A stretch of DNA of 41,698 bases from Conidiobolus incongruus B7586 (taxonomy: Eukaryota). The DNA lies in assembly GCA_000697335.1 (NCBI GenBank), contig JNEM01010425.1:1-41698 (forward strand). The letters are read 5' to 3'. The position numbers and the translations under genes are program-made. Of this stretch, positions 26,389 through 36,980 are shown in pieces (positions within the stretch are counted from its first letter, which is position 1; every line of letters starts with the position of its first letter). The notes beneath the pieces were generated by a model, which saw only the letters and a list, made by a program, of their open reading frames with translations, was not told the origin of the DNA and ran no database searches.

Positions 26389-26710
26389 ATAATTGTAAAA
26401 TATATACTACTAAAACTATAAAAAATTTTCAATATAAAAAATTACCAAAAATTACTATATTTAATATATATTCTTTAGATTATAACCTATATAATTATAA
26501 TTGTTTTTAGTTAAAAAATATACTCACAAGAAAAAAATTCTTTCAATCAAATTAATTTAGTATATAAAACATCAAATTTTAGTCTTTAAAAAAACTATTT
26601 TTTTTGGAAAAAGTTTGATAAAAATATAGCAAAGAGTTATTAATAACAAAAAAGAGTATTAATTTTTATAATTCATATATTAATAACTATATTTAATTTC
26701 TGTATAATAT

Positions 26711-29700
26711 TTAAAATTTAACTAATTCTTCTATCATTTCATCATACTGTGTTTTCAACTCTCTATCCTCATTCCCATCAAAATACACTTGTAGTCTAAC
26801 CAAAACTAATCCCAAAAACTGTTGAAACTTCTTTTCAATCTCAGTTTTAGGATCTCTGAATACTTTGTAAAGCATTCCAACCATTATAATCTGATCTGGA
26901 GTGGGTTTATAATGGTTGAGAATTGGACAAAGTTTTAAATAATGATCAAACAAATTAGAATTTGGTAGAAATGTATTATACCAAGGATCTTTTCCATCAT
27001 ACTTGGTATTGTGGAGATGCACATAATTCCATCGATTTAAAGTGAGTTTTAGTACTTTGTCCCTATGCCGAATTTCCACAACCTCGTCATTGTCCGAAAT
27101 TTCCCCAATCATTGTAATATCCTCATCCGTAACCAATTCCACGCATTTAATAAATTCTGTATCTGGCAAATTCCAAGGACATTGAAAATCTCTAATACGT
27201 TTCCCTTCTCCAAGATTTTCAAACTCTACTGAAATTTTAAATCTCAATAAATCACCGTTTGAAAAATTTCTAATGCCTAGGATTCTACGGGAAGTTTGGG
27301 AAAGTATCAAGAATCGAAGAGGTTCTAATAGGATTTGGAGATCTTCGGTAAGGTAAGAACAGGTAATTGGTAGGAATGTTAGGATCAAAAAACATTTAGT
27401 TTCTACAGAATTAATCAAATTATACTGACGGGATGCTAAACCTAATGTGATGTCTATGAGTTTGTAGTGAATGCAGTGGGCTTCCGATATTCCTTTGAGT
27501 TTAATGAGTTCGTTAACAACTTCTGGAGAGGATGAAGTACCTAAATTGACTAACACGAAAGCAATTAAAAGATACAAATAATCTATCAAAAATTCCCTAG
27601 CAATTTTTGGAGGGCATTTATCTAACCACAGTTTAGCTTGATACCACTCTCCTTCGAGATATCTTAATACTTGAGGATGTTGTGATCCCACAAATTTTAT
27701 GCCAATAGCAAACCACTTTGAAGCACTTAATTTCCAAAAAAATTTCCAATCCCTATTAAAATCGTAAACCCTAACGAAATTAAAATCTCTAAGATTTGGA
27801 GGTAATTTGAATTCCTTGAAATTGGTATAATGTAATTCTAATGAGAAGTGGAAAATGCCGCGGATGAATAGGATTAATAACGTGGTATTGCGATAATTCG
27901 TAATATTGAAAACTTCATCCAACTGTTTGTAACGACGATCGCAAAAGAATTTGAAACCTAGAGCAATTGTTAGAGCTAAAATTTGAAAATCTTTATCATT
28001 CCCAAAATCCTCTTCTGCTGCGTCATTTCTCATCACGTCATCAAATATCTCGTAGAGTTTTTGTGCCACAATATCCCATTGGGGGCAGCCAATTTGTGTA
28101 AGACCCAACCCAATTCCTGAACTTAAAATAATACCACTCTGTTTGATTGCCTCTTCCACCACAAAATCGTCACTACTCAATTTCAACCTCTGTAGGTATG
28201 GATCTAGAAATTGTAGGGTTGGATTACGACCAAGGTGGAGGAGTCCAACAGCCACCAAAGCAGCACTCTGCGTGAGATAATGAATACTACCCAAATTTGC
28301 TACATCGTTCTTAAGTTTGTTAAACTCTGAACTTAAGAATTTGTCCCCTATTGGCGGGATGTAGAGACCCAAAAGCTGTGTGATTGTTGGGGTTTTTTGG
28401 GATTTGTGTTGAAGTCCTAGCCCAAGGAGTAGACCAACTTCGATGGAAACGTGTTTTGAGAGTAGAAGTGTGTAGAATTGGCTGAGATCTAAATTTAGTT
28501 TGTGATGAATACCCAAAGACATGAGGTTGCCGCCTAATGACCATTTATCAACTGTATCGATACTTTCAATGGAAGTTTGAGATTGACTACCAAACCCTAA
28601 AAAGAATTTCATCCAATTTTTACTAAATTTCAAACCATGAAGTTTTGTACCAATTTGTATCTTGTCACAAATTTTCAATTCTTTTATATTACCGAAATCG
28701 TTTAAGATTCTGAAATAAACGGAACTGGTTAATTTCTTACATTCCAATTCAATCAATTCCATTTCTGATCTAAACATCATTCATTAGCCACAATCATTTA
28801 TCGAGTACTGGAATCAACTACCTGTTAACGAATTCCCATGAATCATAGATTCTATTCAAATTTATGATATTGTTAGGGAGATTGTAGTAATTTGTAGATT
28901 TTTGGCAATGCTGGTGAGATTCTGACTGCAGTAGAGTGAGTGGGGCGAGGTTGAAATGATTCTGACGATGTCGTTGGAGTTGATGAGCTACTGGTTCCTT
29001 GTGATGAAGGTTTAAATAGGTGACAATTGTTGGGTTTAGGATTGAGATCAACTTTGAGTTGATAGATTCTTTGGCATTTCGAATTGTTTTTATTAATTCT
29101 AAATACTCTCCAAATCCTAATTCAGGAACTTTTTCACCAAATTTTATTACTACATCCTCCCTCGTACAATTCAATTCACTGCTTAATAACTCATAACCAT
29201 CTAAAGTATTACTGGTGAACCACATATTCAAATGCTTACAAATTCTATCAAATTTCCTCCAATTACTCTCGATTTTGACAATTTCTAAGTTGATAATGAA
29301 TTTGAATTTATAGAGATGTTCCAATAGATTGTAAACCAATAACAATTGAAATAATTTCAATTGGTGTGATGGATCTATAAAATCCCAATTGAATTCACTG
29401 CGTAATTGGTATAAATTTCGAATAATTTGACAATGTTCTTGTGTCTTAAGATGTTTGGAATTTGGTAATAATTGCTTCAATACTGTTACATCAAACGAGG
29501 AGGTGAGTTCAATGGGGTCAAGAACTGAAAATAGAGACAAAATTGCAAATTGTAAAGAATTCCAAGGGCTGAAATCCTTGAAAAATTGAATTTGGTACAG
29601 TCGCGAAATTAGTTGGTAATATATGGTGGAATTGTAGTGATAGATAAGGTTTAAAAGTCTTTGGAATTGGTTTAATTTTATATCCAGTTGGATTTTGATT

Positions 29701-30837
29701 CTGTCGCAATTGGAAAGAGTTAAAAAAATATTGTAATTGTTACAATCGTCCAGTGATTTGATAGCATGTGGAAAAGAGTTTGGGATGTCGATAAAGTTTT
29801 GAGAATTGATTACCAATTGTAATCGATTGTCGAGAGTTAGTATAACTGTTGTGTCTTTCTTCATCACCGATTCTTTGGAATTTAGAACTAAGTAATCTTT
29901 GCAATTGCATTGATGGATGAGAGCATATTGATTTTGATTTAAATCTAATTGGTAGCATGAAAATTTGTTATCAATCAATACTAACAACTCTAGAGTATTG
30001 AAGGTTTGACATAACCTTACTTTCGGTAGACGATCTAATATACTTTTTTAAATTAATATCAATCAATTACTGATTTAAGATTGGTTACCTTGTGTGAGAT
30101 ATTGGTATTTCTAATATACATTTTAAATCCCAATAGCTGTTCAATTTGGGATTTGATTTACACTGTTCAAACGACGGAAATCGCTCCATTAGAGTTTGGT
30201 CAAGTGTCGATTTATAGCGTTTTTTGAGTATATCATCACAATCATCCACTTTATCTTTACTAAAATTCAATTTTGGATCATAAGTCCACACCTGAGAACT
30301 CTTCATCGCTCTATTAAATGTCACCAAATAATTCAATTCTCTATCACTATGTACCATTTCCAATTTTACGTCCTTTCTTAATTGTAAACTCTCCTCAAAA
30401 CAATCCCAAAACTTAAGGGACTTACCCGTTTGCAAGGGATTCTGAATTACTTGGAAATCCCCCGAGGAAAATTGTATCATACAACCATCAGTTAAAGGCC
30501 ACAGTTGGTTTATGACAGAGTGAGAATAATTTTGAACGAAATATTGTTCACCATTAAGTAAAAGGAATTCTAGTGTGGAAGTTTGTGCCAGTACTATATA
30601 CCATTCGGATTGGAATTGAACATATTGGAATGTTATATAATTGGGAGTGTCTAACTCGTGGGTTTGGATTAATTCACATTGATGAAATATTAGAAACTGG
30701 CGGGGTGTTAGAATAGTGAGGTAATTGGAATAGGTTTTTATTTGACTTTTATCAAGTATATTGTCCAAATCTGAGGTATTTTTTAAATTGAAATAGGATT
30801 TTAATTGTGATTTTATATATGGTGTTAGTAGTTCCAT
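26711..30837 (-). CDS. APC1: Anaphase-promoting complex subunit 1, divergent, ~1342 aa
   Basis: complement(join(26711..28769,28822..30042,30089..30837)). Introns are 46 nt (GTAACC...AAG; acceptor less certain) and 52 nt (GTAGTT...GCTAAT...TAG), both frame-preserving. PC-repeat motifs LMSLGIHHKL, KHVSIEVGLLLGLG, ITQLLGLYIP, QSAALVAVGLLHLG, SSGIGLGLTQIG and LEPLRFL match APC1 patterns. Confidence 0.8.
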
Positions 30838-32339
30838 TAAAATTTATTAATTATATCGAAGTATTTGTGATATTTTAGAATTTGGTGAGGGTTACTATAA
30901 TTTATAATAATTCACTATATGAAATAATTTATGGGATTGAGGAATTTATTTGGATATTGAAAACAGTTATTAAAATTATTACTCAAATTCCTTAATCATT
31001 TTTTATAACTACAATAAATTTAATTTGACTACAAAGTTAATATGATTTTACCTCATTAATTTTTCAGCTCATCTCCAATCAGTCTTCAAATCTATTGCAA
31101 TTAATATCTTAGATATAAATTATTACTCTAAAAAACTTGGAATTCAATATATTTGACTTTATGATTTTTTTCAGCATTTTAGAAAGATTGTATTGTTGTA
31201 ATAAGTGTAAATACAATTTGGTTATTTTGCTACATTTTAATCCACCAAAATATCAAATTAATTTATATTTTCAGTATCAATATTATTTACTAATTACATG
31301 GAACTAAATATATCATTGTTTAAAATCTTTCAAATATTAATCAATTATCAGTAATATGAGTTGAATAACGAATTTTCTTATATTGGAATCGTAAATTTAT
31401 ATACAAACTTTGATCCTCGGTTAATAAAATTAAAAAGAGAATAAATGAAAAACACTAATATAGGTTTCCCAACTCTATATTTGTAATATATATTAGATTA
31501 TGCATAATTCATAATTAACATTAAAAATAATAATATTCAACATCATAGATTGTTTACTTACACTAACATTGAAACAAGATTTGATCCCAATTATAGCATC
31601 CAATTCATAATTAATATTGCAATTAATCGAGACATAATTATTGAGACTCTGTAATAATTCTATCATTAAAATATAATAGAATATATTTGGATGATGGTTG
31701 AGAATTGATATAATTAATAATCACTAATTTTTCTCTACTGAAATATATACCATTTTGTTATTAAATTTTGATTAGATATACATATATTTGATTTAATTTA
31801 CAATCGATGAACCCCTTAATTTATCATTGAATTTCTTTCGAACTAATTACTAATATTTATCATATATTAAAATCTTAAATGTTATCATGAACCATCAAAC
31901 CAGTTAGTGCAACTTATTTTTATCTCTGATATCTTTTAAAAGCACAACATGATTCAGTTAAATTAGCTAAATTGATAGTTGTCAGGATGGATTCAGGCAG
32001 GGAAATTAATGCAGGTAATTTGGGTTAAATTAAAATTCGCAATTTGGAGAATGAAAAAAAGATGGTGGAAATAAAATTCTAATCATTTTTATTGAATAGT
32101 ATTATCATACCTAGTTCAACTAGTAAGATATCGAATAATATAATCAAAATGATTAACAGTGGACATAAATAAAGCAATTACACACTAAATATTTAGGAAA
32201 AAATTGATTGAATTTGATAGTTAATGAATTTGAATTGAATTCAACAAAAATTAATCAAATTTTGGAGAAAAGTTTTTTCAAAATTTTAAGATTTATATAG
32301 TTTACTTGTCACTAATACTCCAGTTCTTTAATTTTAATT

Positions 32340-32891
32340 ATGAATTTATTATTTTTCAATGTTATAGTGTTACATTATTCAAATGGCATCATCGGTAGAT
32401 TTCACGATCATAGGACGCAGAATTGAATAAAACCTTACAGTAAGAGATGTCCAAAAGGTCAATTTTGGGATGATCGAAAAGATAGAGGTTAATGTGTAGC
32501 TTATAGAGGGCGACTGCCGCCACCACAACCAGGAATGTGTCAATACGGCCAGATATGGATTCCGAATCCGTATGGGTATGGCGGAACGTGCCAATCTTAC
32601 AGCCCCATACCATTCTCAATTCCGATATGTCCCTACGGCGAAATTTGGATCCCTGGATTCTTTGGCTATGGTGGAAAATACAAGTCGTATGCTCCTCTGA
32701 AACCTCTGCCAACATTTCCCTACGGTCACATTTGGATTCCGGCGGGCTTTTATGGCTTTGGAGGAACTTATCACCCTATTCTTCCGCCTGCCCCCATATG
32801 CCCGTATGATCACATCTGGATTGAAAACGAACGTGAACTGGGGGTTTTTGTCGTTCTCCACCTCCACTATTTGCGTAAGGAATACATCTAA
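32340..32891 (+). pseudogene. Decaying gene for a secreted Cys/Pro/Gly/aromatic repeat protein (5 x C-P-x-G-x-x-W...G-x-C)
   Basis: ATG 32340 begins a signal-like MNLLFFNVIVLHYSNG in frame with ORF 32535-32891. In-frame TGA (32424) and TAA (32490). A frameshift near 32837 restores GGFCRSPPPLFA* (TAA 32876). Three repeat cysteines are replaced by Tyr or Phe. Confidence 0.7.
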
Positions 32892-33237
32892 ATTATATTA
32901 TTGGTACTATAATAACCAAATATAAATGATTGCTCCTTTATTATTCAAACTATCAAAAATCATAATCATTTTAAAAAAAATTAATTGTCAGGAATATCCA
33001 TTATACTATGTAAAATAAACTTATAACTACCACTATTAAATTATAAAAAATGCAATTTAAATTATATGTATTCAATCTGTAAAAAAAATAACAAAATAAT
33101 TTTATTGAGATAAGTTTTATTGAGATGAAATCGAAATAATCATATAATATATAGCATGGTATATTTTTGGATTGTCAAATCAAGTTTAGATTAATTTAAA
33201 ACTAGGATTGATGATACAATCACTCTGAATACGAGGA

Positions 33238-34953
33238 TTACTGCTTGTAAATGGACAAAGATTTCAATTTATCATTCGCTAATTTGTGGTGCATGACAGT
33301 TTGATGATTTTGTAACACTTTGTTGGTGAGATTGTTGATCACAGAGTGTTGTGAGTTGATAGCATCTTGAATCACTAAAAATAGATTAGTTTGTGGTTTA
33401 TAAAATATTTGTGTGGCACTTACCATCCGCGTAGTTTTGGTTGGAACTTTGAGTTAAAGAGTAGATTTGTTGGGTTAATTTCTGCAAAGTTTGGAGCGAT
33501 TCGTTAATGCGGGATTCGAAGGAGTCAGTTGTGGCATAGAAGTAGTCTAAAGTATCGTCGTTGTCGGTGGAAGAAGTGTAGGAATGAGTACCATTTTGCA
33601 ATTGGTTCAAATTGCGGTAGATAAGTTGGAAGTCTTTGGTCTGGCGATTGAGTTGGCTTTGGTGATTTTGGACTTGATTATAGTTGGATTGAAGATCTTG
33701 TTTGAGATAAGTGGTTTGAGATTCGATTTTCTTGAATTCAGATTGGCAGCTGTTGAGCAATTTACTGGTTTCCTCCGTGACACTCTTTAGTTCGTCGGAC
33801 AGGGTCTTCTGTTGGTGAATATATTGTTCAACTTCCTGTAATAACTTTTGGGCATTGGGAGGTAAATCACTGAAAAGTGTCTTTCCATCAATGTTAATTC
33901 TTTGGTTAGTCTTTGGATCAATTAAGATTTGATCGTTATTTCCAATGGTGGCTGGAGCTGTTTTGTTGATATTTAAACTGGAGAATACTCCTGGTGTTTG
34001 GGTATTGTTGAGTGTAGTATTACTTCCAAATGTTGAGGTGCCTAAGCCGGTAGTTCCTGTAGTACCAAATGTACTGGTTGTGCCAGTGGTTCCAAATGAA
34101 AATGCTAAAAAATAAATGGTTAACATATTAATTTTGTAAATAAATTTAAGTTATCACGTTTGGCTCCAATAGTAGCTGTAGAAGTACCAAGGGAAAGAGT
34201 GGGTTTGTTAGCACCAAACAATGAAGTACCTGTAGACCCTGTGGTATTGGAACCACCAAAAGAAAATGTAGATCCTGTAGTACCTGCACCAAATCCTGTG
34301 GTTGGAGCTGAAGAAGTATTCGTTTGACCAAATGAGAAAGTGGATTGAGTAGGATTGGTGCTAGTAGATCCAAATAAACCACCACCAGTGGAAGTTGCTG
34401 GCTTGTTTAATCCTCCAAACCCTGAGGAACCAAAACCAGTGGATGTGGTAGCAGGATTAGCACCAAAGGTAGTGTTACTAGTTGAGCCAAATCCTCCAGT
34501 GGTAGCGGTATTAGAACCGAAAGTAGCACCACTAGTTGAGCCAAAACCAGTAGAACCAAACCCACTAGTAGAAGTGGCAGGATTGGCGCCAAAAGTGGTA
34601 TTACTAGTAGACCCAAAACCTGAGGTACTAGGAGCAGAACTTGAACCAAAGCCAAAGCCACCAGTAGGTGCTCCTGAAGTTTGGGGAGCGGAACTTGTAG
34701 AACCAAATCCAAAACCCCCTGTCGATGTACCAGTATTCTGTTGAGTATTGGAGCCAAATCCAAAACCCCCAGTAGTAGCACCCGAAGTTTGAGTATTAGT
34801 TGAACCGAATCCTCCAAATCCTCCTGTTGTACCAGTATTTTGCTGAGTATTAGAACCGAATCCTCCAAATCCTCCAGTGGTATTAGGTTTATTAGTGTTA
34901 TTGGCACCAAACCCTCCAAAACCAGTACTTGTATTTTGATTACTTCCGAACAT
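33238..34953 (-). CDS. NUP49: FG nucleoporin Nup49/Nup58 family, ~537 aa
   Basis: complement(join(33238..33374,33424..34104,34158..34953)). Introns are 53 nt (GTGATA...GTTAAC...TAG) and 49 nt (GTAAGT...ACTAAT...TAG). N-terminal FG repeats, then TLFSDLPPNAQKLLQEVEQYIHQQ and coiled coils typical of Nup49/Nup58. Confidence 0.85.
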
Positions 34954-35004
34954 TTTTAATAATAATAATAATAATAATAAAAATATAATCTAAAATTAAA
35001 AATA

Positions 35005-35012
35005 TTACGTCA
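35005..35012. promoter_or_regulatory. CRE-like (ATF/CREB bZIP) site TTACGTCA in the NUP49/YRA1 bidirectional promoter
   Basis: CpG-containing octamer 52 bp upstream of the NUP49 ATG, within a 456-bp AT-rich divergent intergenic region. Confidence 0.35.
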
Positions 35013-35409
35013 ATAAAAATATAGTAATTCAAAGAAATTATGAATATGATTATCTAGATAATTTTCTATTTTTTATTTTATATAAAATTAATCTCTTAAA
35101 ATTGGAAATGTTATTGATAAATACCTATAAATTACTATTATTATTACTATTTTATAAAATGAATTAAATCCTATTAAATTCCAAGTAATGCATATTTGAA
35201 TTTTAGAAATTTCCTTTAATAATTATGGGATGACTAATTGAATGTTAAGATGATGTAGTTTAAAATTATCAAATCACAAATGCCATAAATATGAACCATT
35301 TGATTAATGTGGTAATTGATTGAAATTAGTCATTCTGTAATAACTTCATTTCATCATTTTCATTCATTTAACCAATTCATTCAATTAAATATAAATAAAT
35401 ATTAGAAAT

Positions 35410-36243
35410 ATGGATAAGTTAGATATGAGTTTAGATGATATTATTAAAAAATCTGGAGGAAATAATAAAAAATCTCACCCTAAAAATAATCGTGTAAATA
35501 AATCTCATCCCTATCAGAGATCTAACCGTAATACTAACGGCTCTAACGGTACTTGGAAACATGACAAATTTAAACACAACAATCGCATTGAAAAGTCGGA
35601 ACCTTTAACCACTTCGGGGAAGAGCGGCCCATTATTTACTAAATCCAGTTTAGAGAACAGATCTAAAGCTGCCCCCATTTCAATTGCTCAAATTCGAGGT
35701 CTTACTACTTCCCATGGCAATGCCAGCAACAACAACAATAACAACACCGTTACCAATGTGAAAAAACCACAACAGATAACTATCAAGGGTGAAGCTGGAC
35801 CTTGCGTGTTATCCGTCTCCAACCTGGATAGAGGTGCTACAGCTCTCGATGTTGAGCAATGCTTTTCAAAATTTGGTCAAGTGACCAACTGTCTACTGTT
35901 CTACGACCAGTACCAACAGAGTACGGGCAATGCGGAAATCACCTTCGCCTTGAAGAAGAACGCTTTAGAAGCTATTGAAAATCTCAACAACGCAGTAGCT
36001 GATGGCCACGTCTTAAGTGTCCAGTTAAAACCTTCGGTACCTACTCCAGCTCCTGTCAATTTACCCAATCGCGACAACGGTAACAACACTAGCAATACTA
36101 GTACTAATTCCAATAGAAATCGATCTATATTTGGCGATAGAACTAATAACCGCAGCTCTAACCTCTATTCCGACCGTTTAACCAATTCCAGAAACGATAA
36201 CAGTAGTAGAGGTCATCGCAATCAACGTAACGTCGCCATTTAA
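35410..36243 (+). CDS. YRA1: ALYREF/Yra1-like mRNA export adaptor (277 aa)
   Basis: N-terminal UBM LDMSLDDII, WxHD motif (WKHDKF), RRM (LSVSNLD...FSKFGQV...STGNAEITF...LNNAVADG) and Asn/Arg-rich linkers. Confidence 0.78.
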   Translation: MDKLDMSLDDIIKKSGGNNKKSHPKNNRVNKSHPYQRSNRNTNGSNGTWKHDKFKHNNRIEKSEPLTTSGKSGPLFTKSSLENRSKAAPISIAQIRGLTTSHGNASNNNNNNTVTNVKKPQQITIKGEAGPCVLSVSNLDRGATALDVEQCFSKFGQVTNCLLFYDQYQQSTGNAEITFALKKNALEAIENLNNAVADGHVLSVQLKPSVPTPAPVNLPNRDNGNNTSNTSTNSNRNRSIFGDRTNNRSSNLYSDRLTNSRNDNSSRGHRNQRNVAI

Positions 36244-36980
36244 ATTAGAAATTTACTAATTTATAAATTCTATCTCTTACTATCTGTACTTCTTGAATTG
36301 GATACCCTTTTCTTCTTTTAATTTGCACATAGTCAAACCCTTTCCTTCCCACTCATTTTATAACGTTTATTACTACCCATCATTTTATCATAATCTATAT
36401 AAAATTCAAAGTTGAAAAACAAACATTTGAAGTATTTTTAATAAATTATAAATAAGTCTAATATTTTTGTTAAATTTAAGTAAAAATACAAATAAAACAT
36501 CAATTAATTATATTTAGATAGTTATTTAAATTAAAATATTGTAAATATTCTCATTATCAAACTATTTTTGGATATATATGTATATCATAATATTCAGATA
36601 TTCATTTTACTTTTTATAAAATGAAATCTATATACTTTTTATTTTTTTTAATTTTGAATAATTATATGAACATGATTTAAATTCAAATAAGAATTCATTA
36701 TAAGATTATAATTCAGATTAAAAAAAATTAAATTATCTTTTTTTTGTATAATTATTTTTAAATTTTTAATAATATAATATATATATATATGTATGTATAA
36801 AATGAATAAATAATTAAAAATAATAATAATAATTTTAATAATAAAAATTTTTTTTTATTTTTCAAATTATAAAAAATAAATGAAAATTAATAAAAAAAAT
36901 ATCACCTTAAAAAACTCTAAATTTATAGAGTTTATACTCAAGTTCATCACAGCAACAAATAATAGTAGTAAATTAGAGAA

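Larger units (their letters stand above)
23692..26690 (+). mobile_element. Older degenerate mariner (copy C), split by insertion of copy B
   Basis: 23692-24492 aligns with the 5' ~60% of copies A and B. 26389-26690 resumes at the matching position: the joined sequence reads IILNNNCKIY (= IILHDNxKIH) and continues to YSLDYNLYNYNCF. The right TIR is not recognisable. Confidence 0.8.

Noticed and set aside
32424..32492. Stop-codon reassignment or selenocysteine readthrough
   Set aside because: TAA, TAG and TGA each terminate other genes in the window, conserved genes have no internal stops, and a frameshift accompanies these stops.
32535..32830. Repeat units as a CRISPR-like array
   Set aside because: Degenerate codon-level protein repeats in a eukaryotic context, with no identical direct repeats or cas genes. 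The same applies to the FG repeats at 34160-34950.
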